Source: Octopus sinensis (lineage: Eukaryota). From it: a DNA stretch of 64,000 nucleotides. Where the stretch lies: NCBI RefSeq assembly GCF_006345805.1, contig NC_043005.1, forward strand, positions 80,662,001 to 80,726,000, written 5' to 3'. Under the pieces are notes generated by a model. That model saw only the letters and a list, made by a program, of their open reading frames with translations, did not search any database and was not told the origin of the DNA. Below, in pieces: positions 14,051-57,788 of this stretch (positions are counted from its first letter, which is position 1; each line of letters begins with the position of its first letter). A program made the position numbers and the translations under genes.

Positions 14051-15235
14051 GATGGGATTATTTTAGTTTCCGTCTATCAAATCCACTCACAAGGCTTTGG
14101 CTGGCCCGAGGCTATAGTAGAAGACACTCGCCCAAGGTGACACGCAGTGGGACTGAACCCGGAACCATGTGGTTGTTAAGCAAGCTACTTACCACACAGC
14201 CACTCTATGCACAAGAAAAATTAATGTTTTCCCTTTTAAATATAATTATATACCTGTATATTTATATATATATGTGTGTGTATGAGCCTTCTGAGCTCAA
14301 ATTCTGCCAAGACTGACTTCGCCTGTCATGCCTTTGAAGTTCGATAAAATAAGGATCTGTTGATTACTGGGGTTGATGTAATCGACTTACTCTCTCCCAC
14401 GAATTTGCTGACCTTGTGCCAAAATTAGAAATCACTTTAATCTTAGAAAGTTAAGAGTGGTTTAGTTTTTGAACCGTAAAACATTTACCAATTTCTGTGG
14501 TACCCCCGCTTCCCTTGATACTTTATTTTACTAAATAGTTAATCCAAAGCTGTGCTAGCGGCCCACATCTGAACGCTGGATGGGTAAACTAGGTGAGGGG
14601 ATCTGGTGTTGAAAGAGCCGAAACTACATGAAACCCTAAAAACATAACTGATGATGCATCCCAAAGTGTTTGTAAGATGTGTCTTGGAACTTGGAACTAA
14701 TCGACCTCGGAAATATGAACTCAGGAATTGAACTCAGGAATTGAACTCAGAATACAGAGATAAGGAGATGATTAACCGGTACATTGTATTTTGTTCAAAA
14801 CTCTATTGATTCAGCTGAACACAAATTATCTCCTCAAGTTTTTTAGGTTAATTTTTAGGTTAACTAACTTTTATTATAACAATAAGAATGACAGGGAAAT
14901 GACAGTGTTGAACAAGAAAAATATATCAAGCATGGCAATGTGATTGAGAAGTTCGATCTGCAACCACGTGGCTTTGGCTTCAATCCCACTGCGCGGCATC
15001 TTGTGCAAGTATCTTCTATTATAGACCCGAGTTGACTAATGGCTTGTGAGTGAATCAGCTTGACGGAAAGGGTGTGGAAGCCCGTCACACACACACACAC
15101 ATACACACACATACTGACAAACACAAACGCACACACTCACGTGCGGCACCTTGAGCAACTGTCTTCTGCCGTAGCCTCTAGCCGAGCAAAGCCTTGTGAG
15201 TGGATTTGGTAGATGGAAACTGAAAGAAGCTTGTC

Positions 15236-15283
<48 letters not shown>

Positions 15284-18200
15284 ATATGAATCTTCTTTTG
15301 CATGTCTTTTTGAGTGTATTTGTCACCCCCACTATCATCGTTCGACCACCGGTGTTTGTGTGTTTACACCCTCGTAACTTAGCGGCTCAGCAAAAAGAGA
15401 CCGATAAAATGAGTACCAGGCTTTAAAAAAAATATGTCCTGGCGTCGATTTGTTCGGCTAAAAACCCCTTTAAGACAGTGCTCCATCATGGCCGCAGTTA
15501 AATGACTGAAACAAGCGAAAGATAAAAGATAAAAGAATATTTTATGGTACATTAGATGGAAAGAATGGTAAAAGAATACTACAATACAGACCTTTGGATT
15601 AATGAACCAAGCAGAATTGTTTTTTTCAAACCCAAAACCTTCTCTATATAAGTTGTAAACAGCATGCTGACACCGAAGCCTGTTGTCGCCATAGATGACA
15701 ACCAAATTCCATCAGCGAATTTTATGGTTGTGTCTTTACCTACCAGTCGGATGTAGGACACGACATACGGTATTATGTTACCTATTAACAAAAATAACAA
15801 TATATACATATACAAATTTTATACAAATTTGGATTACAAATTTTGGCACGAGACCAGCAATTTTAGGGTAGGGGATAAGTCGATTACATTGACTCCAATG
15901 CTCGATTGGTATTTATTTTACTGACCCCGAGAGGATGAGATGCAAAATCGAACCCGGCGGCATTTGAACTCAGAACGTAAAGATGGACAAAATTACGCTG
16001 AGCATTTTGCCCAACGCACTAAGTATTCAACAAGCTTACAACCTTTTCACCGCCTCATTTATCACAAACGCTATTTTAAACTAATCCAGCTTTTGCATGC
16101 CGGGGATTTGCTAATCCTTGTTTTTCTATATCATTAGAGAAGAAATTGGTCTAAGCATGAAGTGAATAGTGGATCCTTACTGCTGATGATGAGTAAAGAC
16201 ACAGAAATCTAGATCTAACAATTATATCACTGCTGTTGCTGATTGTTTGTTTGTTTGCTTGTTGAGCGAAGCGGTCTTTGTCCCGTCTGTAGTGGGAGAA
16301 GTCCGAAACGTGGTCCTTTGCTATTCATAAGACCCGCAGAAGAGAAAGCAGGTCAACCCCCGACACCGAGAGCTTCGACGGATGGATGAATGCGCATCCA
16401 GGCTCAGCGGTTGCGTAGGAAGTCGGGGACAAGAAACAGGAAGAAAGAGTGAGAGAAAATTGGAGCGAAAGAGTACAACAGGGGTCGCTACCACCCCCTG
16501 CTAGAGCCTCGTGGAGCTTTAGGTGTTTTCGCTCAATAAACACACACAACGCCCGGTCTGGGAACTGAAACCGTGATCCTCCGACCGCGAGTCCGCTGCC
16601 ATAACCATTAGGCCATTGCGCCTCCACTGCTGCTGCTACTGTTGGACGCTTGTACTCTGCTACCGATGTACCTCTGCACTTTACTGCACTAAACGTCTAT
16701 AAGAGAAGCATTCTCAAGACGAATACTGCAGTGTTATGACTTTCTACAGAATATAAACATTAAGTAAGATATACAGAATGCTATTCGGAACTATTACTAC
16801 TTCCGTTGCTAATAACGAGTGATAACACTGGACAACAATTTTCGTACATTTTCTGTTGCATGAAATTTTTATACTGCTTCTAATTGTCTTTTTGTGCTAA
16901 TTTCAAGTATGTAAAAAATTTTTCTTCATGCTCTTGTATTCTTGCGATTTGAAGATTGACGTTTTATGCATTTATAGTTAAATTTGACATATTGAGATAC
17001 ATACATCCTACTTACAAAGAATTACCAATTGACAACTAGACTCCTAGAAACGGCCGTTGGATTACTTATACTCAGACCTTTTATGTCTTATTCTTTCCTG
17101 GACTCTTACCTTTCTATCTAGTTCTATGGTATCGTCTTTATTAAAAGAGAATTCCCCGAGGAAGTCTACAAACGCAAGAGTTCCAAGCGCAAGTTCTTGT
17201 TTGAATAAGATCTATTTGTTTTAATTTTTCCATCTTAATCAGTTTCTCAATTGTGTACACTTATCATTTGTATATAATATATATTTTCAACAGAAAAGCA
17301 GATGGCGAAAAAGGCTGGCACATGATAATATTCATTTTAGTCTGCATCAGAAGAAATATTATTTTTACAACCTAATTCTTATTGTGGTGTATTAACTCGT
17401 ATGTATGAATAAAGTTAGAATCTCAATGCATACATATTGATATTTGTTCTTTTCCACCTAGTTTGAAGATAGTATAAACTAGAAAATTACATCTGATGGA
17501 TTACAACAAATCTCGGAAATATTCGAAATTTGGAAAATATATTAAAAAAATCTTAAAAGCAAAAAATCCAGAGCTTAGAGAAAAAAATTAGGATATACCA
17601 ATTGCTGGTATCAATACAACAAAATTGTTATGGCCAGTTTAATAAATGTTAGAAGATTTTGAAGTCACTACAAATACAGAACGAACAATAAATTAGGTCA
17701 AAAACGTCTGCGACTGTCTCATCAAGAAACGTTATTCATGGAATAAATAATAAACATTATGTTAACTAACGGTAATGACACAACTAGATACAAAGTTTAG
17801 GTGTTGATAAGTAGAGCAAGCGATAACGATAACAACGAGGATTTATTTTGTAATAGTTTTACTTCTAATTGTTATCAAATGAAAGATATTCACTAATTAA
17901 GGTTATACTCCGTTATGTTAATGACACGAATTTTATCAGCCTTTTACATTGTTGTCCTAAAAGGCAAAGTATACAAGTAGCACGTGGTTAAGTACGAGAT
18001 CAAATAAATTATAGTTATATAATGGAAAGTGTTTAATAAAGCTTCTTTCCCGCTTTGATAATATTCATTGCAAATTAAGGCGGCGAGCTGGCAGAAACGT
18101 TAGCACGCCGAACGAAATGCGCAGCCGTATTTCGTCTGCCGTTACGTTCTGAGTTCAAATTCCACCGAGGTCGACTTTGCCTTTCATCCTTTCGGGGTCG

Positions 18201-21200
18201 ATAAATTAAGTACCAGTTGCGTGCTGGGGTCAATCTAATCGACTGGCCCCTTCCCCAAAATTTTCGGGCCTTGTGCCCAGACTAGAAAAGAATATTGATT
18301 TCAAATTAAGGCGGCGAGCTGGCAGAAACGTTAGCACGCCGGGCGAAATGCGTAGCCTTATTTCGTCTGCTGTTACGTTCTGAGTTCAAATTCCGCCTAG
18401 GTCGACTTTGCTTTTCATCCTTTCGGGGTCGATAAATTAAGTACCAGTTACGCACTGGGGTCGATATAATCGACTTAATCCGCTTGTCTGTCCTTGTTTG
18501 TCCCCTCTGTGTTTAGCTTTTTGTGTAGTAAAGATATAGGTATTTTGTCTGTCTTTACGTTCTGTGTTCAAATTCCGCCGAGGTCAGCCTGGCCTTTCAT
18601 CCTTTCGTGATCGATAATTTAAGTGCCAGTTACGTACTGGAGTCGATCTAATCGCTAGCCCCCTTCCCCCAAAAATTTTCGGGCCATGTTCCTAGAGTAG
18701 AAAAGAATATTGATTTCAAATTTGGACGCAAGGCGAGCAATTTCGGGGGTGGGGGTAAGTTGATCACATCGACCCCAGTGATCAATTATTACTTATTTCA
18801 TCGATCCCAACTGAATGAAACTCAAAGTTAACCTGAGCGGCATTTGAATTCAGAAGTTAATGATTAAGCATTTTGCCTGCCTTTCTAACGAATTCGCCGC
18901 CTTCATATAATAACGATTTCAAATTTTAGCACACGACCAGCAATTTTGGGGGAGGAGGGAATAGCAGGTTACATCAGCCCTAGTGTTTAACTGGTACTTA
19001 TTTTATCGACCCCGAAAGGATGAAAAGCAAAGTAAACTTCAGCTAAATTTGAAGAGAGAACTTAATGATTGTAGGACAAAATGCCATCAAACATTTTGTC
19101 CGTTGATCTAACGAACTTACTGTCATATACCTCTATATAATAACGAGTTCAAATTTTAGCATAAGACCAACAATTCCGGGCGGAGTGGGATAACTCGATT
19201 ACATCGACCTCAGTACTCAGCTAGCACTTATTTTATCGACCCCGAAAGGATAAATGGTAAAATGGACCTTGACACAGTTTGGAATCAGATCGTAATGATT
19301 ATAGGAAGAAATACCTATTTCTTTACTACCTACAAGGGGCTAAACACAGAAAGGACAAACAAGGACAGACAAACGAATTAAGTCGATTACATCGACCCCA
19401 GTGCGTAGCTGGTTCTTAATTCATCGACCCCGAAAGGATGAAAGGCAAAGTCGACCTCGGCGGAATTTTAACTCAATGTAACGCCAGACAAAATACCGCT
19501 AAGCATTTTGCCTGTCGCTCTAACGAATTCGCCGCCTAATATCTTAATAATAAATATCAATATGTATGCATTGAGATTCTTACTTTATTCATACATACGA
19601 GTTAGTACACCACAATAGGAATTAGGTTGTAAAAATAATATTTCTTCTTCTGATGCTAACTAAAATAAATATTATCATGTGCCAGCTTTTTTCGCAATCT
19701 GCTTTTCTGTTGAAAATATATATCATATACAAATGACAAGTGTGCACAATTGAGAAACTAATTAAGATGGAAAAACAAAACACAAATAGATCTTATTCAA
19801 ACAAGAACTTGCTCTTGGAACTCTTGCGTTTATAGACTTTCTCAGGGAAATCCCGTTTAATGTTCCAGCAGGAGTCATTATGTTTTATCCCATCGCCCTT
19901 GATAATGCTCTTTCTTGGTCTTGAGTTCTTGATGGAAGCGCTCTCCTTGTTCATCTCTTACATCTCCAACGTTTTCAGAAAACATAGTTTAACGCTCATG
20001 TTACACCCAAGATCATGCAAAGCCAAAGCCAATAGAGTATTATCAACAAGAATTTCTGCTTTTCTGTTTTCAGGAAAATATCGTTATGATTGCTATGAAT
20101 GACAGCTATGCTGTTTTTTCCTTTCATTGATCTTTCTGAAAAATTCTTCATCACTTACAAGGGCACGAATCTGAGATCTGTCAAACACACCTGCTTTGAT
20201 CTTATCGAATGACAAACCAGGAAATTCAGGGACTATATCTGAAAGCATTCACTATCAATATTTAATACCTTAGTGAATTGCTTCATCAAGCCCAGCTTTA
20301 TATAGAGTGGTGGGAAAATAATCTGACAATTGACTCATTCACAATATTTGGCATGCCTGCTTCCAGAGTCTCACAAATGGGCCACTTTTTCTGAATCCAG
20401 TGTTTCTCACGAGCTCGGTTGTCCCACATGCAGAGAGAAAGCAAGGATACTTTGTGAAACCTTTCTGTTGACCAAGGAGGAAATTAACTTAATAACAAAT
20501 AACAAATGATGGTTGGTGGATTGGTTGGTTGGCTGGTGGTTGTTTTTTTTTTTTGTTGGTTGGTTGGTTGATTGGTTGGTTTCTTCGGTCACGCTTTTAC
20601 CACGAACAGAGGGAATAGAAGGGAATGAAAGACAAATACAAGGAAATATAACATAAAGGGTGCAGAATAAATGGGGAGAAAGACTAATGAAGAAGGTGGA
20701 GGGGAGGAGGAGGAGGAGGAGGATGAGGGGGAGGAAATGACTGTGGAGTTATGGAAGGTGTTGCATAAATGAGAAATATGTTTTATTTTAATTTTTTTTC
20801 AAGGGAATAAATATTTTCCACTTGAAAATTAGAACTTATCTAATCTTCTTGTATAAGAACCCCAGAATTTTTTTTTATAAAAGTTGAATTATAATTATTG
20901 CATGGAAGCCATATTTCCTTATATTAGACAAAGTGGCAAAAATAAGATTGACGATGATGATGTGGTAGGACTTGAACTCACAAAGTGCAGATCCGAAAGC
21001 TTAAATAAAGATCTCTAATTTTGAAACAAGGCCAGCAATTTTTGAAGGGAAGGAACCAGTCGGTAACATCGATCCCTAGTACTTGAGTGGAACTTGATTT
21101 TAGGCACACCAACAAAACCAAAAAGAAAGAAAAAAAAAACGAATGTAAAGCAACGAATGGCGACAGCCAGGTTCGAACTCTGTACTTAAAGAAGACGAAA

Positions 21201-21577
21201 CAGATTCTGCAAAGCATTCTGGCTGAGTTGCTAATGGTTCCGCCAGCTCACTTCTTTTTTTAGCAATAACAAACCAAAAAGAACAACAGCAACAACAACA
21301 ACAGCAGCAACTAAAACGATGCTGACAACAACAACAGCTACGATGGTTTGTTATATAGATAGTGATATTAGCCAGGCAAAAAGCAAGAAATCGATCCTAA
21401 TACACAACTGGTACTTAATTTATCGACCCCGAAAGGATGAAAGGTAAAGTCGACCTCGGCGGAATTCGAACTCAGAACGAAGCGATGAGTGAAATTCTAC
21501 TAAGCATTTCGTCCAGCGTTCTAACGATTCTCCCTGCTCGCCATTTTAACAACAACAACAACAACCATAACAACGAC

Positions 21578-21639
<62 letters not shown>

Positions 21640-21826
21640 GAACAATAATAATAACAATAATAATAATAATAATAATAATAATAGCTTTATGAATCTCACC
21701 AACAATAAACGAGGCTCCGAGACTGAGATGAAGAATTGTAATCCCGAGAAATGTGAGACATAATTTCCAAAACGGATTTCTTTCCGATTGTGTTTTATCA
21801 GCAGTAATTTCAACTTTAGTGACCAT
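1644..21826 (-). CDS. Gene A: tandem paralogue of gene B; exons 1-5 in window, exons 6-11 presumably beyond the left edge
   Basis: Exons 21700-21826, 15592-15781, 12496-12622, 6192-6331, 2840-2954 (duplicate 1644-1758). Sizes (127/190/127/140/115) and phases are identical to gene B exons 1-5. Confidence 0.88.
2840..2954 (-). CDS. Gene A exon 5 (copy a)
   Basis: YFNQKDLLARVPKCFLMLGGIFLISQLISVCLISNPKE; 115 nt; TTTTCCAG / GTAATT. Confidence 0.85.
3095..3400 (+). repeat. Interspersed repeat; second copy inverted at ~58470-58710
   Basis: GGAAAAACTAATCTAAGAGCACTAGATTCCTTGGAAG...GAATGTATACGAAAAC matches the reverse complement of ~58495-58560. Confidence 0.6.
4362..4812 (+). mobile_element. SINE family 2, full length
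   Basis: AGGCGTAGGAGTGGCTGTGTGGTAAG head, GGGTTCAGTTCC B-box, (TA)n core, GGTGGTGCTCCAGCATGGCC...GACTGAAAC tail. Confidence 0.88.
5960..6140 (-). mobile_element. SINE family 1 (degenerate)
   Basis: GGATGAAATGTAAAGTCGACCTCTGCGGAATTTGAACTC. Confidence 0.7.
6192..6331 (-). CDS. Gene A exon 4
   Basis: WLPHRKASAAGFVLFAHGMSAFIFNFVSTKFINPENYQENEFIDGE; TTTCAG / GTAAGT; 140 nt. Confidence 0.9.
6348..6570. repeat. Compound (ATT)n(ATC)n(GTC/ATC)n microsatellite next to the gene A exon 4 acceptor
   Basis: Direct reading; source of spurious poly-I/Y/H ORFs. Confidence 0.95.
7636..8512. repeat. Complex (TATG)n array, ~880 bp
   Basis: TATG units with recurring TATTATGCATGTATA and GCATGTTTG variants; generates the MYVC/HTYI ORFs. 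Confidence 0.95.
8574..9127. mobile_element. Fold-back/MITE-like element with ~173-bp inverted arms
   Basis: 8574-8746 is the reverse complement of 8955-9127 (e.g. GTCTCAGACTTGTCATCAGGCTTGTCATTCGTTCGTTAG / CTAACGAACGAATGACAAGCCTGATGACAAGTCTGAGAC). Confidence 0.8.
9381..10680. repeat. 554-bp tandem repeat, about 2.35 copies
   Basis: ATATAATTAGGGCTTAGTAAAATAAATTACTTTGCC starts at 9381, 9935 and 10489; copies near-identical. Confidence 0.95.
10860..11405 (-). mobile_element. Degenerate Dong/R4-type LINE RT C-terminal fragment
   Basis: Manual translation ECYKYLGIDENVSY...EYYTRLRKIWLSELSSYN*TITFNAFAVPVLIPTFWILDWSVDEIYSIDIKTRKIL; parallels the YKYLG...EYYRRVRSILKTELSAKNK region of the 46.6-50.5 kb element. 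Confidence 0.75.
12496..12622 (-). CDS. Gene A exon 3
   Basis: SASTLVSYFTIRSKYYVFVITEGFCTGAGCAIPYVVTVSCAMK; 127 nt. Confidence 0.9.
13745..14205 (-). mobile_element. SINE family 2, full length
   Basis: Reverse complement of the family 2 head and tail. Confidence 0.85.
15135..15540 (+). mobile_element. SINE family 2 (5'-clipped); an opposite-strand 5' half lies at ~14930-15110
   Basis: CAAAGCCTTGTGAGTGGATTTGGTAGATGGAAACTGAAAGAAG ... GTGCTCCATCATGGCCGCAG. Confidence 0.8.
15592..15781 (-). CDS. Gene A exon 2
   Basis: GNIIPYVVSYIRLVGKDTTIKFADGIWLSSMATTGFGVSMLFTTYIEKVLGLKKTILLGSLIQ; 190 nt. Confidence 0.9.
16250..16627 (-). mobile_element. tRNA-derived SINE, third family
   Basis: Minus-strand head GGAGGCGCAATGGCCTAATGGTTATGGCAGCGGACTC...GGTTTCAGTTCCCAGACC with A/B-box-like motifs. 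Confidence 0.7.
18078..18712 (+). mobile_element. Three head-to-tail SINE family 1 copies
   Basis: Heads at ~18078 and ~18308; the third unit is fused from ~18540. Confidence 0.85.
18730..19540 (-). mobile_element. Run of minus-strand SINE family 1 copies (several, degenerate)
   Basis: Repeated GGTACTTATTTTATCGACCCCGAAAGGAT motifs at ~18790, 19000, 19230 and 19425. Confidence 0.75.
19860..20500 (-). mobile_element. Degenerate DNA transposase fragment, probably Chapaev/Transib (RAG1-related) type
   Basis: Manual translation FLLGQQKGFTKYPCFLCMWDNRAREKHWIQKKWP...PPLYIKLGLMKQFTK...KIKAGVFD..QIRAL...LGCNMSVKL...DEQGERFHQELK...YQGRWD, with stops and frameshifts. Superfamily assignment is from memory of the motifs. 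Confidence 0.7.
21700..21826 (-). CDS. Gene A coding exon 1
   Basis: MVTKVEITADKTQSERNPFWKLCLTFLGITILHLSLGASFIV-G; donor GTGAG. Confidence 0.85.
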
Positions 21827-22101
21827 TTTTAATTTATTAAAGGTGCAAAAATGCTAATAATGCAACTACTAATAATTAGTTCTAATTAACAAACCTAATA
21901 TTCTCCATTGTTGTGCATAACTAACTTATGGTCGTATATTCCATGGACTGAACTGTATTGATATTATAATTCAGCTTTTTTTATCTCTTTTCATTCTGAA
22001 CGCGTTATGACCTACTTTATTTATTTTCAAGTAGATAGATTATGATAGTTTAATCACTTAATCAATACACTCGATGACGAAGACGATGATTATCATCATC
22101 A

Positions 22102-22153
<52 letters not shown>

Positions 22154-22269
22154 GATGATGATGATGATGACAAATTCATATATGGAACCTGTTGATGACG
22201 TACGCTGCTGGCATATGTGTGCACTTGTACATTTATATATGTATGTGTGAATATATATAACTTTGATAG

Positions 22270-22850
22270 CTTTGATAGATTTCGGACAGTATAAGCCAAA
22301 GCCATGTCTAACTCAACAGCACCACCTGGTGAAGACTTTTAGTCATATATGGGGTACCATAGCCAACGCTAGCAACGAGTTATTATTGTTGGAGACATAT
22401 CCGGGGGTAGGAGGTTGGTCCGGGATTTTTTGAAGAAATTCGTCCAATGAACATTTAAATTTTATGGGATCCGTTTCCATTTTGACGTATTTTGGTATGG
22501 TATTAAAGAGAGCTGGACCGGTTGAGGTGAAGTAATTGTGACGTAATGTTGCTATGTGTAGCGAGTTCGATTTTTGTAGTTGGCGGATAGCACAGTGGCC
22601 AGGTCTTGGCTGGATTTTAAAATTGATGCAAAAATCATTTGTGCAATGTTGATGGAACATTTTCCACATAACACAAGTGATGTAGCGCTCCCGGTAGCGT
22701 TGGAGATAGTAGAGATTGAATTTTTTTAGTCGACCCTAATAATCAATGCCTCTCATGCCGTTTATCTTTCTTATCATTGACCTCAGGAGTACTTCTACTT
22801 TCATAATGAGTTGCTTCGTATGGAGGGGACCACACTGGGTGTCACTTATA
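22270..22850 (-). mobile_element. 5'-truncated CR1-like LINE 3' end (same family as 41117-42790)
   Basis: ORF 22343-22669 (MWKMFHQHC...HNYFTSTGPALFN...PPTPGYVS) is similar to ORF 42330-42701; shared 3' UTR CCAGGTGGTGCT..AGTTAGACATGGC. Confidence 0.85.
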
Positions 22851-23023
22851 ACGAATTTTACCCAGACACTATTTGTGACACCCGCAGTTTATTAATCTTT
22901 GTTTTCCCACCATCAGCCGCTTGTCGAACTATTCTTCAGGGGTATTCAGCAAAATAAGATGTCACATTATATATGCAACATTAACAGTCGAGCGTCGAGC
23001 GCATCGATTCATACGTACACGCG

Positions 23024-23957
<934 letters not shown>

Positions 23958-24473
23958 TAACATTTGAAATCCACGTGGTTCATAACAATATGCACACGCT
24001 ATCATTTATAGACTTATAGCTATTCTACTTGGGGTTTTACCGTCAAAAATATTTTATTCATGCTCTGGAAGTTTCTATGATATCAAATATATATATATAT
24101 ACAGGCATTGATTGTCTATATGGCGCGTGCGGGGATATGAGTCGCAGCTATATCTAAAGGTCGAGCGTCCATCATCGATGAATCCAAGGAATGATGAAAT
24201 TACGTGATCAGGTTGTCTCGGTGCTGGAGTTGATGGGGATCTATCACCCCGCGAGCGATATAAAGAAGCGTGCATTCTGCACCAAACGCCGACATGGGAG
24301 TTCCTCTCATGGTATGTACAACAGTAAAATTTGTTATAATCCACGTTTAAGTAGGAATAAAAATAGCCACACACACACACACACGCACACTCACACATAC
24401 ACCCCCCCCTCATATATATATATATATTATATAAAAATATACGTACATAAGTACTCATACGCGCGTACACACT

Positions 24474-24507
<34 letters not shown>

Positions 24508-25330
24508 GCATGTTGGAAAGAAAGTTCTGTTGCATTTTTGATCAGATCACTTTGAGTGTATCCCTCTGCACCTTACTGTTTTCCGTTTAGTCAGGGTTTT
24601 CTTCTGCTCCTCATTGAAGCATAGACTCACAACCGTACATTTCCTCGTAAAGTCCTCACAAGAGATGAAAAGTTAGTCATCTGTGACAATTTCCAACGGA
24701 AACGAATATGGGTTATCAGCCAAGGAAAGTGGAGAATCCATTCCCACTCCAGGAATGTATTAGAAATATTCATGCTTTGTTTTTGGTGAAATATGAAGCA
24801 TATCTTGAAGAATTCCACCAAAGCGAAACTGTGAATGTGTAGAAATATTGCACAAAACTTTACAGAAAAACCGTTGATCATCAAGAGATATAGCTCTAAC
24901 ATGATACTGAAACACCACATATCATTGGAGTCGGGAAAAGATTTTGGTTCTAAATACAGATGTTTCGCTTCATCGTCCGTTCTTTCCTGGCCTTCATCCA
25001 CACGAGGTCCTTATTTTCAGATCACTGAAAGATTATTTCCCGGGCAAACAGTTGGTTAATTATGAAGAAGTTAAATATTGGATGTTTTTATGCTTCGAAA
25101 TCTTATGAGTTTTACGTCTGAGGGATCAGTAGTTTGGCAAATTGATGGGATTATGTTACCAATAAATAGAGAACATATTATCTTGATTATCTTAATTATG
25201 ACCAAAGAAGTATTTGTTTCTTTCTCATATAAGAATGCGACGGAAGTTTCTCCCCAACCTAACATACACACACATGCACACACACAGATGCATACATACA
25301 TACATACATACATACACATACATACATACA

Positions 25331-25432
<102 letters not shown>

Positions 25433-25527
25433 TATATATTACAATTTCATTAATCAATTAAAGGAGTCGCTTGAAACGGCCCTAATGAATTGACACCTCT
25501 ACATCTTTGTTACTCAAATATATATAT

Positions 25528-26352
25528 ATCAATATGTATCCGGACTGTTGTTAGAGTAACGAAGCTAAAGCATGCAGGGTAAAGCTGCTTGGCACAGACT
25601 GGCCTTGGACTTTGTTGTGCATGCGCACTAAGTTTTATCGTTCTAACTCACTTCTGCTGCTTACAGCAGTGCTTGGAGTGAAGGCGTGTAGCGTGTAATC
25701 ATTTCATTGACCTTGAAAAAGTTGTTGCAGAGTTGCAGAAGTGTATGGAAAAGAGTGTATGAGGCGCACACAAGTGTACGAGTGGTTCAGCTGTTTCCAA
25801 GATAGCCGAAAAAATGCCGATATTGACGAACTGGGAAAAACATCGCAGATATGAATGCAACTGTGAGGGGAAATTGACCACCTGTGAGTTATCATAGGAT
25901 GTGCAGATTAGTTACGGTTCCGTTCAGTCCATTTCCACTGAAGATTTAAGTATGAAACATGTGTCTGCCAAGTTTGTGCCAAAACTGCTTTCAGTTGACC
26001 GAAAGGACACTCGGGTTTCAGCTGCATAACACCTTCTTCATTGTGTCAAGAATGATGAAAACTTTTTGAAAGCTTTGCGTAGGAATCTAGGCAGATATCA
26101 CCAAACCCTTGGCAAAATTTGATGCAGATTCTCTGCTCAACTTTCTCTGTCATCGTCAATGCGACGATCACACGCTACGCACCTACCTTCCAAGCACTGC
26201 TGTAAACAGCAGAAGTGAACTAGAACGTTAAAACGTAATGCGCATGTACAGCAGAGTCCAAGATCAATCTGTGCTTAGCGGCTTCACTCTGCATGCTTTA
26301 GCTTCGTTACTATAGCAACAGTCCGGATACTTATTGATCATACGACGTGTAT
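25528..26352 (+). mobile_element. Internally deleted mariner element with TIRs
   Basis: Left GTATCCGGACTGTTGTTAGAGTAACGAAGCTAAAGCATGCAG is the reverse complement of right GCATGCTTTAGCTTCGTTACTATAGCAACAGTCCGGATAC. Remnants MRRTQVYEWFSCFQD and SAKFVPKLLS resemble mariner HTH and linker. Confidence 0.78.
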
Positions 26353-27167
26353 ATATTATTTGATATAAACAATTACAAAAGATTCTGTTGTGTCTGCGGA
26401 GAGTCATTTTCTTTTTGTGCCTTATAATGTAACACACTCACCGGTAAAATTTCCACTGTTTCCTTTTTCTATTTCCCTAACATTTTCGTTGCCTCTTGCA
26501 ACCTTTTCAATAATTTTGACTCTGTCCGTTATTTACACTACGTTCCCTTTTGTTTGTTTGTGGGCATGTATACGGGTCAGTGTGTGTGTGTGCTTGTACA
26601 TGCATGCATGTACGTATGTATGTATGTGTGTGTTTGCATGTGTATGTATGTATATATGTGTGTATGCATATGTATATATGTATGTGTGTGCATCTGTATG
26701 TACGTATCCTGCATATTTATGTGCTTGCCTGTCCGTGTTTGTGTATTTTCTATGTATGTGTGTGTGAGCATGCGTTTGTATATGTATGCACCACTGTCTT
26801 CTTATGTGTGCATGTCTGTGTTTGTGTGTGTGTTATGCAACTATGTACCATGTTTGTATGTATGGATGTGCATCTTTATATGTGTGGATCCGGTTCTCCA
26901 TATGTGTCTGTTCTTATAACCAATTTACCTATCCGTCTGTATGTTGATCTGTTTTTTTTTATCTATATGCTTACATACATAAAAAAAACTTCATATGTAT
27001 ACTTTAAGGTACATTAAAATTGCAGATGCTAGTAACATGGCTTGTATCTCCTATCAATCGTTCGAACTCAGTGCATAACATACATTCATATGGACATCCA
27101 TACATACGAGTGAAGAAGCAATTATTTGTGTTGCGTTGGTCTTACTGCTCATAATGAACAGGATTTA

Positions 27168-57788
<30,621 letters not shown>

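Noticed and set aside
24627-25001. 124-aa minus-strand ORF in the spacer between the genes, ending near a GTGAGT
   Set aside because: No recognisable homology and no counterpart upstream of gene B. It cannot be supported as coding, though a UTR exon is not excluded.
25078-25200. Minus-strand peptide LFIGNIIPSICQ resembling exon 2 (GNIIPY), suggesting a third paralogue remnant
   Set aside because: Similarity is limited to ~16 nt, there is no AG acceptor (TTATTGGT), and the downstream sequence is unrelated. Probably chance.
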